DNA of 64,000 bases from a virus (lineage: Duplodnaviria > Caudoviricetes): IMG/VR virus record IMGVR_UViG_3300049595_005065; one strand, written 5' to 3'. Below the pieces are notes generated by a model. That model saw nothing but the letters and a program-made list of their open reading frames with translations, was not told where the DNA came from and made no database searches. Position numbers and translations under genes: made by a program. This document shows, one piece after another, positions 54,606 through 64,000 of the stretch (its first letter is position 1; each line of letters opens with the position of its first letter).

Positions 54606-56180
54606 ATGCGCATCCTGGCGCTGACTGTATCCGACCGGTTGTTCTTTTCCGGGACGCTGGCGGCGGTGAATTCGCTGCTGCACTACACCCGAGATTGGCC
54701 CGCGGACTGGCAGTTGGACATCGCCGTCGTGTCGAGCGGCCATTACAACCAGGCCCTCACCGAGCAGCAGCGCGAGCTGCTCAAGCACGAGCGCATCCGG
54801 GTCTATGCGCACGAGTTCTTCCAGGCGCCGCAACGCGTACCCGGCGCGTGGCAGCTCAAGGCCTACGCGGCGCATGACCTGTCCTGTGAATATGATTTTC
54901 TGGTCGGGTTCGATTCCGATTTGGTGTTTGCCAGCGACGTGCGCGACGTGATTGCGCAGTGCCAGGCGGACGGGAAGTTTCGGGGCGGCAAGGACGGCAA
55001 CGGCGTTCGTTACGGCAAGGAATACGCGCCGTACGGCATCGCAGCGGGCGAGACCGGGCCGTACATGTCGACCTCGTGTTACTTTTGCCCGCTCACGCCG
55101 GAAAATCGCGAAATCCTGGCCGACTGGGCGCTCAAGACGAACCAGGCGGCATACGGCCCGCAGGCAGAGAAGCGCTATGTCGGCCACGGCGACCAGGGCG
55201 TGCTCAACTCGGTGATCTTCGCCCGCACGCGCAGCCAGAACGTGGAGCTGTTGCCCAACGAGACCTGGAGCCAGCACTGGCGTTACGAGAGCGACGTGGT
55301 GGCCTGGGATGGCGCGCAGTTGATCAACTACACCGCCCGAAAGTTGCCCATGCGCGCGCTGCATTGCGGCGGCAGCGACAAGTTTTGGGCGGCAGCTCAC
55401 GCCGAAAAGCGGCTGGAGAAAGGCCAGAGCCAGCGCTGGGGTTATGCGCATTTCTTGCGCTTCTTGCATTTTGGCGCGCTTTCGGTCTGGAAACGTGACC
55501 CGCTCCAGTACATCCCGGCCGAGCAGCAGCACCTGTTTCGGGACGCACTGAACTACTGGCCGCTCATGTTTGCATTGGCGCCCGAAGTGGCGGATTGCTG
55601 GGGCGAGCTTTCTCCGGCGTGGCTGTCGCGGGCGATCGAAGCAGGCAACATTCACCGGATGATGTCCTTGCATGCCGACGGTTCAGGCTCGATGAACCAG
55701 TACATCTCGCTGGCGCGGCGCGTGAAACACGGCGGCACGCTTGTCGAGGTCGGCTCGTACCTGGGCGGCTCCGCCGTCACTGTGGCCGCGGCGACGCGCG
55801 ACCGGCAGCTGCGCGTGATTTCGGTTGAGTCCTTTGCGGGGAATCTCAACAACATGGTGGACGGGCACCCGCTGCCGTCAATCAACAGCTACGTGCGGCA
55901 GGTTAAAACCACGTTTCCGTTTCTGAATGTCGACGCTGTTCCCTTGCCCGGCGAGCTGGCCGTATCGCAGTTTGCCGACGGGTCGCTTGACATAGTTTTT
56001 ATTGATGGCGACCATAGCACGCCCGCGGTGCTGCGCGACATCGATGTCTGGTGGCCGAAGGTTGCGCCGGGCGGAATCCTGGCCGGTGACGACTACGACT
56101 GGAAGACTGTCGCGGAAGCAGTGGCGCAGCGGTTCCCGACCGCAGAGCATCAGAGCTGTGTGTGGTGGACACAAAAATGA
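54606..56180 (+). CDS. GT8-like glycosyltransferase fused to class I SAM methyltransferase
   Basis: FDSDLVF and HGDQGVLN in the N-terminal part; VEVGSYLGGS, IVFIDGDH and GGILAGDDY in the C-terminal part. Confidence 0.8.
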   Translation: MRILALTVSDRLFFSGTLAAVNSLLHYTRDWPADWQLDIAVVSSGHYNQALTEQQRELLKHERIRVYAHEFFQAPQRVPGAWQLKAYAAHDLSCEYDFLVGFDSDLVFASDVRDVIAQCQADGKFRGGKDGNGVRYGKEYAPYGIAAGETGPYMSTSCYFCPLTPENREILADWALKTNQAAYGPQAEKRYVGHGDQGVLNSVIFARTRSQNVELLPNETWSQHWRYESDVVAWDGAQLINYTARKLPMRALHCGGSDKFWAAAHAEKRLEKGQSQRWGYAHFLRFLHFGALSVWKRDPLQYIPAEQQHLFRDALNYWPLMFALAPEVADCWGELSPAWLSRAIEAGNIHRMMSLHADGSGSMNQYISLARRVKHGGTLVEVGSYLGGSAVTVAAATRDRQLRVISVESFAGNLNNMVDGHPLPSINSYVRQVKTTFPFLNVDAVPLPGELAVSQFADGSLDIVFIDGDHSTPAVLRDIDVWWPKVAPGGILAGDDYDWKTVAEAVAQRFPTAEHQSCVWWTQK

Positions 56181-57163
56181 GTGACGGCGCGCGAAAGATA
56201 ATCTTCCGCAACTGGCAGAGCCCGGGCGACATCGTGATGCTGCTCTTCGCCATCAAGAGCCTTCACGACAGCTACCCCGGGCAGTTCATCACGGACGTCC
56301 GCTGCCCGGCCCGCGAGATCTTCGAGGGCTCGCCGTACATCACGCCGCTTAGCGAGAACGACCCCGGCGTGGTGATGCTCCAGGCCGAGTATCCGACAAT
56401 CCACCGGAGCAACACGCACCCGGTGCGGTTCTCCACGGCCTTCGCCGAGCACATCGCGCAGATGCTCAACCTGCGCATCCAGCCGTGCCAGTTTCATAGC
56501 GTAATCGAGATCACGCCCGCGGAGCAGGGCTGGCTGAGCGCCGTCCACGAGCTGCTGGGCCGCGACGTGCCGTACTGGATTATCAACGCCGGGCACAAGA
56601 GCGACTTCACGGCCAAGGCCTGGGACTTCGAACGCTACCAGGCGCTGGTCGACCGGTTTCCCGGTGTCTGGTTCGTCCAGGTCGGCGCCAAGGAGCACAC
56701 CCACCCGGAACTCAAGGGTTCGAACCTGCTCAACTTCGTTGGCAAGACCGACACCCGGCAGCTGATCCGCCTGGTCTGGCACTCCTTCGGCGTGATCTCC
56801 GGCGTGAGCTTCCCGATGCACCTAGCCTATGCTGTGCCGCCTCATCCGCGGTTCAACCGGAAGAGCCGGGCCAACATCACGATCGCCGGGGGCCGCGAGC
56901 CCGCGCACTGGGAAGAGGGGCCCAACCACCATTACCTGCACACCTGCGGCATGCTCTCCTGCTGCGACATGGGCGGCTGCTGGAAGAGTCGCGTGGTGCC
57001 GCTGGACGACGGCGATAGCAAGAACAACAGCCTGTGCGTCGCGCCGGTGATGCTGCCTACAGGGCAGTGGATTGGCCGCTGCATGGAGATGATCACCGTA
57101 GATGACGTGGCGAGCATCATCGAGAAATACATGACCAACCTGGAGTACGAACCCAAATCGTGA
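56177..57163 (+). CDS. GT9 (heptosyltransferase-like) glycosyltransferase
   Basis: SPGDIVML, AKAW, FVQVG, NFVGKTDTRQL, SFPMHLA, Cys-rich C-terminus. Confidence 0.75.
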   Translation: MSDGARKIIFRNWQSPGDIVMLLFAIKSLHDSYPGQFITDVRCPAREIFEGSPYITPLSENDPGVVMLQAEYPTIHRSNTHPVRFSTAFAEHIAQMLNLRIQPCQFHSVIEITPAEQGWLSAVHELLGRDVPYWIINAGHKSDFTAKAWDFERYQALVDRFPGVWFVQVGAKEHTHPELKGSNLLNFVGKTDTRQLIRLVWHSFGVISGVSFPMHLAYAVPPHPRFNRKSRANITIAGGREPAHWEEGPNHHYLHTCGMLSCCDMGGCWKSRVVPLDDGDSKNNSLCVAPVMLPTGQWIGRCMEMITVDDVASIIEKYMTNLEYEPKS

Positions 57164-57420
57164 GTGACTTTAGCTGGACGACCGCCCTGACGGTGTTCGT
57201 CGTGTACGTGTTCTTTGACATTCTCTACGCTCTGTACGTTTTGTGCGTCAGTCGGAAGCAGGCTTTTACTTCCAGCGCGATCAGCGCTGTTCTGTACAGC
57301 CTGGGGGCTTACGGCGTTCGAAGCTACATGGACAACCCCTGGTATCTGATCCCTTTGGCGTGCGGCGCCTTCCTGGGCACTTATATCGCCGTTAAATACA
57401 TGGGAGACCTGCACGCATGA
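57160..57420 (+). CDS. small multi-pass membrane protein
   Basis: Three hydrophobic helices. Confidence 0.65.
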   Translation: MSDFSWTTALTVFVVYVFFDILYALYVLCVSRKQAFTSSAISAVLYSLGAYGVRSYMDNPWYLIPLACGAFLGTYIAVKYMGDLHA

Positions 57421-57839
57421 CGCCCCGCCGCGACACCACAATCGCTTTAGATTTTGACTGCACGTTCACCTCGGACATCGAATTTTGGCGGCTGTTTGTG
57501 CGGCTCTGCGCCAAACGGGGCCACAAGGTCGTTCTGGTCACGGCGCGCTTCGACACGATCGAGAACCGCGTCCTGGTCGCCGACGTGCTGGGCCGCGCGA
57601 CTTTTGAGCTTCTTTCGGGCGCAGTATTTACCGGCCGCCAACCCAAACGCCCCGTCGCTGAAGAGCAGGGCTTCAGGATCGACATCTGGATCGACGACCT
57701 GCCGGAGTTTGTGGGAGACGCCAGTCTTGAGCTGCTTGAGACGATTAAGTCGCAGCAGTCGATCTTTGAGACCCTGCCCGTTGTTTCCATGGGCGCCGTG
57801 GACCCAAACGCCGTCTGGGAGCCCAACTGTGAACAATGA
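57417..57839 (+). CDS. HAD-superfamily hydrolase
   Basis: IALDFDCTF, LVTAR, IWIDD. Confidence 0.75.
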   Translation: MTPRRDTTIALDFDCTFTSDIEFWRLFVRLCAKRGHKVVLVTARFDTIENRVLVADVLGRATFELLSGAVFTGRQPKRPVAEEQGFRIDIWIDDLPEFVGDASLELLETIKSQQSIFETLPVVSMGAVDPNAVWEPNCEQ

Positions 57840-58155
57840 GACTGTCTATTTGCTCTTAGCCTTCGCGCTGGGCTACCTGACCGGCCGGGCCGACTCCCTG
57901 TACCGTGCGCTGCGGGACCGCTACGCCCCGCCGCCCAAGGCCGGGTTCTTTGCCGACGCCCCGCGGGCCGAGCGCGAGCTTGCGCCGCGGCAGGCTCCAA
58001 AGATATCTATTGACGAGCGAAAGGTCGTCTCGGAAATCAGCACGGCGGGCATCGAGCGGTCCGAGCAGGCCGCCCAGCAGATTGGGACGAAAACCGTGCA
58101 GTCTGATAACATCGACGCGTCAGTCAGCAAACTGGCGCAACTCAAAGGGAGATAA
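57829..58155 (+). CDS. N-terminally membrane-anchored protein
   Basis: GTG start; YLLLAFALGYLTG TM helix; ends 2 nt before the actin-like gene. Confidence 0.65.
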   Translation: MNNETVYLLLAFALGYLTGRADSLYRALRDRYAPPPKAGFFADAPRAERELAPRQAPKISIDERKVVSEISTAGIERSEQAAQQIGTKTVQSDNIDASVSKLAQLKGR

Positions 58156-58157
58156 TC

Positions 58158-59189
58158 ATGGCCAAGGGTCTCGACGTCGGTACTTCGTTCATCGTGCTCG
58201 CGCAGGACGCCAAGGAGAACACCACGACTAGCACGACGCAGGTCGGGCAGGTCGAGTACAAGGATTTCCGCGACGCGTTTTACGTGATCAAGCCGACGAC
58301 CCCCGTGGCCACGAAGATGATCGAGAAGGGCCTGACCGGGCGAGTCTTCGTGAAGGACGAGGACGGCAGCTTCATCATCCTGGGTAAGGATGCCATCGAG
58401 AAGGCCATCGAGCGCAACGACTCAGCGAAGCGCCCCATGCACAAGGGCGTGGTCAGCGTGAAAGAGAAGGCCGCCCAGCGGGTCCTGGCCTACATCCTCA
58501 AGGAAGTGGCCGGGAAGGCCGCGCAACCCGGCGAGAAGCTCGTGTTTTGCATTCCGGCGCAGCCCGTCGACCAAGAAGACGAAGACTTCGACGTCGGTTA
58601 CCACGAGGACGTCGTCACGCGAATCCTGGGCGAGTGTGGCTACGAGGCCCGGGCGATCAACGAAGCTGAAGCCCTGTGCTACTCGGAGCTGGAGAACGAC
58701 GACTACACCGGGCTGGCGCTCTCCTGCGGCGCCGGAATGGTGAACTGCTGCGTGATGCTCAACGGCGAACCAACCGTGATGTTCTCGACCACCAAGAGCG
58801 GCGACTGGATCGATCGGATGACCGCGGTGGCCACCGGCGAGCCGGACAGCGTCGTTCAGGCCGAGAAGGAGCACGGCGAGTTTACGATCGGCCAGCCCAA
58901 CGCCAGCGCGATCCTTTCGGCCGTCTCAAGCTACTACGAGCGGCTTATCGACTACACGACCAAGCAGCTCGCTGCGGCCATGGCGGGCCACAAGCTGCTC
59001 CCCAAGTTCAAGAATCCACTCCCGGTAGTCATTGCCGGTGGCACCAGCCAAGCCAAGGGCTTTGTGCCACGGTTTCATGAGAAGCTCGTCGAGAACGGCT
59101 TCCCGATCGCGATCAAGGAAGTCCGGCACGCCAAGGATCCGCTCCACGCCGTGGCCCGTGGCTGCCTGGTTGCCGCCAAGATCCTGTGA
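58158..59189 (+). CDS. actin-like ATPase (MreB/ParM/MamK superfamily)
   Basis: Phosphate-1 GLDVGTS, connect-1 NEAEA, phosphate-2 SCGAGMVN, SGDWID, adenosine IAGGTS, connect-2 PLHAVARG. Confidence 0.85.
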   Translation: MAKGLDVGTSFIVLAQDAKENTTTSTTQVGQVEYKDFRDAFYVIKPTTPVATKMIEKGLTGRVFVKDEDGSFIILGKDAIEKAIERNDSAKRPMHKGVVSVKEKAAQRVLAYILKEVAGKAAQPGEKLVFCIPAQPVDQEDEDFDVGYHEDVVTRILGECGYEARAINEAEALCYSELENDDYTGLALSCGAGMVNCCVMLNGEPTVMFSTTKSGDWIDRMTAVATGEPDSVVQAEKEHGEFTIGQPNASAILSAVSSYYERLIDYTTKQLAAAMAGHKLLPKFKNPLPVVIAGGTSQAKGFVPRFHEKLVENGFPIAIKEVRHAKDPLHAVARGCLVAAKIL

Positions 59190-59196
59190 GAGGGAC

Positions 59197-60165
59197 ATGG
59201 AAGACCGTGGTCGGTTGGAGCGCTACTATCGCGCGCTCGAGACGAAGAGCCTCGATCGGCTAGTGGGCTGCTCTTACTATCCGATGTGGCTGCACGGCCG
59301 CAAGGACCGCTGGGTGTACTGCAACCCGAGCATAGCCCGCCACCCCGACGGCGGTTTCGTGTCGCTGGTGCGGTACTCCAGCTGGCCGCGCGTCACGGTG
59401 GTTTACCCGGTCCATTCCGACCTGGTGTTGGCGCGCCTGGACGACGACTACAACGTCGTGTCCATGAAGCCGCTGGCGGAACCAAAAAGACAAGTCGACA
59501 CGTCATTCAAGCAAACTTACGGGCCCGAGGATGCGCGGCTGTTCCGGTTGAAGGGGCGGTGGTACGCCACGGCTACGTTTTTTGACGTGCCCGAGTGCCG
59601 CGTCGACTCCAACGTGTTTGCGCGGATGGGTCTGCTCGAGTTTGACGAGGACTTCAACTGGACGGACCTGACGGTGCTGCCGTGCCCTTTCAAGCAGCAC
59701 GAAAAGAACTGGATGAACATTGAAGGCGAGATGGCGTGGCTTTACTCGGCGCACGACACCCGAGTGGCCCGCTACAACTTTGAGACGCGGCTGCTGGGCT
59801 ACTACTACCCGCAGCCGACGCCGGAAATTATGCAGCACGCCCGAGGTAGTTCGCAACTGATCGACATTGGCAAAAACAGGCTTCTGGGCGTTGTGCATGA
59901 GTCCGTCCAGGAGGTTCCCACGCGGTCCTATATTGGAAGCTACCGCGCGTACAGCCATCGATTTGTGCTTTACTCCCGCGAACCGTTTGAGCTGAAGGCC
60001 GTTTCCGAGCTGTTCCATTTCTTTGCCCCCGGGCACGTCGAATTTGCCGCGGGCCTCGCCGCCGCAGATGCGCGTCTTGTGGTCTCGTTCGGCCACCACG
60101 ACAGCTGGGCCTGGCTGGCGGCCATGAAGCTTGACAACGTGCTTAACGTTCTAAACCCCGTCTAG
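59197..60165 (+). CDS. five-bladed beta-propeller glycoside hydrolase-like protein (GH130-like)
   Basis: CNPSI, GPEDARLF, EKNWM, RGSSQ, EFAAGL. Confidence 0.65.
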   Translation: MEDRGRLERYYRALETKSLDRLVGCSYYPMWLHGRKDRWVYCNPSIARHPDGGFVSLVRYSSWPRVTVVYPVHSDLVLARLDDDYNVVSMKPLAEPKRQVDTSFKQTYGPEDARLFRLKGRWYATATFFDVPECRVDSNVFARMGLLEFDEDFNWTDLTVLPCPFKQHEKNWMNIEGEMAWLYSAHDTRVARYNFETRLLGYYYPQPTPEIMQHARGSSQLIDIGKNRLLGVVHESVQEVPTRSYIGSYRAYSHRFVLYSREPFELKAVSELFHFFAPGHVEFAAGLAAADARLVVSFGHHDSWAWLAAMKLDNVLNVLNPV

Positions 60166-60172
60166 GCGCCTT

Positions 60173-61273
60173 ATGTACGACGTGCTACTGGTTGGCGCCG
60201 GGTTGTTCAGCGCAGTCTTTGCGCGCCAGTGCCTCGACGCAGGGCGCAAGGTGCTGGTCATTGAGCGGCGGGCGCATCCGGGCGGCAACTGCTACACGGA
60301 GCGGCGCAACGGCATCGACGTTCACGTCTACGGGCCGCACATTTTCCATACCAGCAGCGCGCGCATCTGGGATTACGTGCGGCAGTTTGCAAACTTTAAC
60401 AACTTTGTGAACCGGCCCAAGGTTCATTACAACGGCCGCCTGTACTCTTTTCCGATCAACCTGTTCACTCTCTACCAACTTTGGGGTGTTCAGACCCCCG
60501 AGGAGGCCCGGCGCAAGCTGGACGAGGTGCGCGTCCCGATCGAGAACCCGGCCAACCTCGAAGAATGGGTGCTTTCCCAGGTCGGCGAAGAGATCTACGG
60601 CGTGTTTATTCGCGGGTACACGCAAAAGCAGTGGATGCGCGATCCGCGGCAGCTCCCCGCGAGCATTATTCGCCGCCTGCCCATCCGGCTCACCTTCGAC
60701 GACAACTACTTCAACGACACGTTTCAGGGCATCCCCGAAGACGGCTACACGGCCCTGCTGCAACGCTTGCTGGACGGGGCGACGATCGAGCTGGAGCAGG
60801 ATTACTTCGCCGCGCGGGAGGCCTGGGACGCACGAGCGCGGACGGTGGTGTTCACCGGGCGGCTCGACCAGTTTTACGACCACCGGTTCGGGCCGCTCGA
60901 ATACCGCACGCTCCGGTTCGAGCATGAGCAGCACGCCGTCGAGGATTACCAGGGCAACGCGATCGTGAACTACACGGCGGCCGACGTTCCGTATACTCGT
61001 GTCGTTGAGCACAAGCATTTCTCAGGCGCTCGGTCGCCGCTCACGCACATCACGCGCGAGTACCCGGTCGCCTGGGAGCCGCAATCCGTGCCGTACTACC
61101 CGATCTCCGACGCCGCCAACACGGCCAAGTACGAGCAGTACGCCGCGCTGGTCAAGTTGGAAAGGAAACACCTGTTCGGCGGCCGCCTGGCGGAGTACCG
61201 CTACTACGACATGCACCAAGTGATCGGCAGCGCACTGACCGCCGCCGCCAAGTACCTGGAAAACCGCCCATGA
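60173..61273 (+). CDS. glf: UDP-galactopyranose mutase
   Basis: VGAGLFSA, HPGGNCY, HVYGPHIFHT, QGIPEDGYT, YYP, GRLAEYRYYDMHQVI. Confidence 0.95.
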   Translation: MYDVLLVGAGLFSAVFARQCLDAGRKVLVIERRAHPGGNCYTERRNGIDVHVYGPHIFHTSSARIWDYVRQFANFNNFVNRPKVHYNGRLYSFPINLFTLYQLWGVQTPEEARRKLDEVRVPIENPANLEEWVLSQVGEEIYGVFIRGYTQKQWMRDPRQLPASIIRRLPIRLTFDDNYFNDTFQGIPEDGYTALLQRLLDGATIELEQDYFAAREAWDARARTVVFTGRLDQFYDHRFGPLEYRTLRFEHEQHAVEDYQGNAIVNYTAADVPYTRVVEHKHFSGARSPLTHITREYPVAWEPQSVPYYPISDAANTAKYEQYAALVKLERKHLFGGRLAEYRYYDMHQVIGSALTAAAKYLENRP

Positions 61274-62733
61274 TTTACAAGCCCGACGTTCTGCCGGTCT
61301 GCATCACCTACACGGCCGACTTCCAGAAAATGGTGAACCACGCCTGCTCGACGCTGGCGCACCCGAAGATCCAGCTCCATTTGAATCAGGTGACGCTTGA
61401 CGAGAGCTACGAGGGTTTTCGCAGCGCGGGGTGGTTCGAGTGCCTCAAGCGGAAAATGCTGTTCTTCTACGATTTCATGTCGAAGCTGCCTCTCAACGCG
61501 GTGGCCTGCTCGATCGACGGCGACATCCAGTTCTTCGACGCCGACGCGCTGTACAACCTGAAGGACCGCCTCGCACGCTCGTCGCTGTGCTGCTACGGCC
61601 AGGCTGAGCACTGGCTGGAGGAGCCCAACCGCCGCAAGTCGCGCGTAGCGAACGGCGGCTTTTTCATGATGAAAAAAACGCCAGCGGTGATGCGCTGGCT
61701 CAAGACCGTGCTGAGCCAGAATTACACCACGCAGTACCTGGGAGACCAGGAATTTCTCAATCACTTTCTGCAAAAACAACGCGTCCCTTACGTGTTGCTT
61801 CCGCCCCAGCAGTTCATGCACGGCGGCCCCATCGCGGAGAAGACCGAGAACTTTGTCGACCCGGTGCGGCTAGTGATGCACCACGCCACTTGGGCGACGA
61901 ACGTTGACGACAAGCAGAAGCAGATGAACATCGTGCGCGAGCTGTGCAACTTGCCGCCGGTGGACTGGGACAACGTTCAGCTGAAGAACCCGAACGTTGT
62001 GTATTACCTGAACGGTGATTCGCGCGGCCGAATGCCGCCGCTCAAGCACCCCAACGCCCTGGTGCTGGCGCGGTACAACGAAGATCTCTCTTGGGCGGAG
62101 CCGTGGACCGACAAGCTGGACGTGTTCGTCTACAACAAGGGCGCGCCGTATCCGGGCAAACTGAACGCGAACTGGTCCACCCTGCCCAACGTCGGCCGCG
62201 AGGCGCATACCTACCTGACGCACATCATCGACAACTACGACCGGCTGCACGACGTGACGATTTTTCTGCAGGGTCGGATTGACGACTGCCACGCGTACCC
62301 GGCGGACCAGCTCGAGCGGTACATCGCGCCCGCCAAGGAGCACGGATTCAGCGCCAGCCAGTTCATTCTGGTGCGGCCGGAGTACTGGAACGGCATCGAG
62401 TTCATGAAGCTCCAAAAATACGCTCCCCAGGTGCGCAGCGGCGCGCTCAAGCTCTACAAGCCTGGCATGCTTTCCTACATCCGGGAGCACGTTGGAAAGA
62501 TCCCGGTGACCATGGCGATCACCTATTGCGGCTGCTTCGCCGCAAGTCGAGAAGCCATCTGCCGCCACCCGGTGTCTTTCTACGAGCAGCTGCGCAAGAC
62601 CGTTTCGCACCACAGCGGACCGGAAGAGGCGCACTTTCTGGAGCGGCTCTGGGCGTACATTTTCAGCGGCACGGCTTACGTGCCGCAGCTCCTGCGCATT
62701 CCGCCCCAGCACCGAGACAAGTTTCTTTACTGA
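61270..62733 (+). CDS. nucleotide-diphospho-sugar transferase fused to DUF3431-like domain
   Basis: DGDIQF, NGGFF, GDQEFLN; then ARYNEDLSW and LPNVGREAHTYLTHIIDNYD. Confidence 0.75.
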   Translation: MIYKPDVLPVCITYTADFQKMVNHACSTLAHPKIQLHLNQVTLDESYEGFRSAGWFECLKRKMLFFYDFMSKLPLNAVACSIDGDIQFFDADALYNLKDRLARSSLCCYGQAEHWLEEPNRRKSRVANGGFFMMKKTPAVMRWLKTVLSQNYTTQYLGDQEFLNHFLQKQRVPYVLLPPQQFMHGGPIAEKTENFVDPVRLVMHHATWATNVDDKQKQMNIVRELCNLPPVDWDNVQLKNPNVVYYLNGDSRGRMPPLKHPNALVLARYNEDLSWAEPWTDKLDVFVYNKGAPYPGKLNANWSTLPNVGREAHTYLTHIIDNYDRLHDVTIFLQGRIDDCHAYPADQLERYIAPAKEHGFSASQFILVRPEYWNGIEFMKLQKYAPQVRSGALKLYKPGMLSYIREHVGKIPVTMAITYCGCFAASREAICRHPVSFYEQLRKTVSHHSGPEEAHFLERLWAYIFSGTAYVPQLLRIPPQHRDKFLY

Positions 62734-63365
62734 TGCCGCTTGATTACCGTCACATACCGGCTTTTTGCATCAACCTCGAGCGCCGTTTGGACCGGTGGGC
62801 GCTGGCGGCGCAGGAGTTTGCGCGGCTCGGTCTATCCGTAACGCGTTGGCCCGGCGTGGAGTACACAGCGTCGCCCTACCCTGCGCTGCGCCCGGGCCAG
62901 GCCGGATGCCTCGACAGCCACAAGCAGATTTGGCGGCACGTGCTCGAGAACGGCTGGCCTGCGGCGATGATCTTCGAGGACGACGTCATCTTTTCTAGCG
63001 ATTTCAAAGATATCTTTTCCGCCGCGGCGCTGGAGCTGCCCGGGGACTGGGACGTCTGGTCGTTGCACGCCACGCACGCCCAGGTGACGCTGCGCGTCCA
63101 ATATGTCGCCGCGCTGCGCGGCTCGCTCTGGGGGACGCACGGTTATCTTGTTTCGCCGCGCGGCTGCACGCGGCTGCTGGCGCTTCCCGACGACCAGCCG
63201 GTGGACTACCGCATCAGCCCCGTGCTCACCGATTGCGGGGGCGCCGTGTACGGAATCCCTGTCGAGCGCGCCATTGTATTTCAGCGCGGGGGAGAGGATA
63301 GCGACATTCAGGTCACTGACCAGAATGATTTCTGGCGCCGTCAGCGCGCGCGCTATTGCCGCTAA
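62733..63365 (+). CDS. GT25-family glycosyltransferase
   Basis: CINLERRLDR, GCLDSH..IW, IFEDDV, THGYLVS. Confidence 0.85.
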   Translation: MPLDYRHIPAFCINLERRLDRWALAAQEFARLGLSVTRWPGVEYTASPYPALRPGQAGCLDSHKQIWRHVLENGWPAAMIFEDDVIFSSDFKDIFSAAALELPGDWDVWSLHATHAQVTLRVQYVAALRGSLWGTHGYLVSPRGCTRLLALPDDQPVDYRISPVLTDCGGAVYGIPVERAIVFQRGGEDSDIQVTDQNDFWRRQRARYCR

Positions 63366-63750
63366 AACCGCCTGTTGGGGCTATGCAGCCGCGCCGTTTA
63401 GCGCTATTTCTATGGGTGCAGCTCTTTGACAACCCGTTTTGCGCCCGTCTGTCGCGAACTGATAAATTAGTGTTTGCACGCGAAAGCGCGCAAATACCGC
63501 AGGTTAGTCGTGGTGGCCGACTGGTTAGGCGCTATTTCGGCGGCATGGATGCCTCCGGGGTAGCAGGATCCGTGGTCAGGACATGACGTGAACACGGTCG
63601 GAGGCGCGGTGAATGCCACACGGGGCGAACATATGCCTTTGTAAGTCACCGCATTACTCCAGCTTGCTGGAGACGGACCTGGTGGTAGGGGATCCCAGGA
63701 GCTTGCGGTACCGACACAACATTTACAGCCTAGCGCCGGGAGCCAGCGGG

Positions 63751-64000
63751 ATGTTATTTGAGCCGGGTCATCCAATCTGGGTGTTTCTGAGCGCTTTTGG
63801 AGTTTCTTCCTTTGCGGGTCTCGCCACGTATTTACGGTTTTCCCGTAAAATGACGCGGCTGGGGCTGTTTAGCGCTATGCTGAATGCTGGCTGCATGGGC
63901 CTGGCGATTTCGCTGCTCTGGTACCAGCACTACCGAAACTCGGAGAATATCTACGGGCTGATCGGAATCTGCGTGTTTGCCGGAATGAGCGGCTCGGCGG
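63751..64000 (+). CDS. holin-like membrane protein (3' truncated)
   Basis: Three TM helices; SFAGLATYL...LAISLLW...VFAGMSGS resembles LydA-type holins. Confidence 0.5.
   Translation, partial: MLFEPGHPIWVFLSAFGVSSFAGLATYLRFSRKMTRLGLFSAMLNAGCMGLAISLLWYQHYRNSENIYGLIGICVFAGMSGSA

Overview
A 64-kb segment of a large, GC-rich (roughly 63-65% by eye) tailed dsDNA phage genome, jumbo-phage-like. Every credible gene is on the + strand. The order is: RuvC-like resolvase and portal; nucleotide genes (tmk, tdk, a degenerate HD hydrolase); an accessory region with an S4-domain protein, a tRNA-like element, an intact tmRNA and a cyclic-phosphate receiver protein; glycine-zipper virion-type proteins and an SF2 helicase; a 15-kb collagen/tail-fibre cluster containing an atypical tRNA(CAU); MazG-like, cupin and PhoH genes; a glycan-synthesis cluster (GT8-methyltransferase, GT9, glf, GT77/DUF3431, GT25) interrupted by an actin-like ATPase and a membrane partner; and a truncated holin-like gene. 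Several small secreted proteins resemble Planctomycetota proteins, which suggests the host (inference). The strongest unexplained signals are: (i) a 12-bp palindrome WWAGATATCTWW iterated about every 3 kb in coding and non-coding DNA; (ii) a recurrent K-x-A/S peptide motif at module boundaries of putative virion proteins, suggesting proteolytically processed polyproteins; (iii) a GCTAAA-N16-GGCATAT promoter class; and (iv) the actin-like protein with its membrane partner. All family assignments come from motif recognition by eye. No database searches were run.
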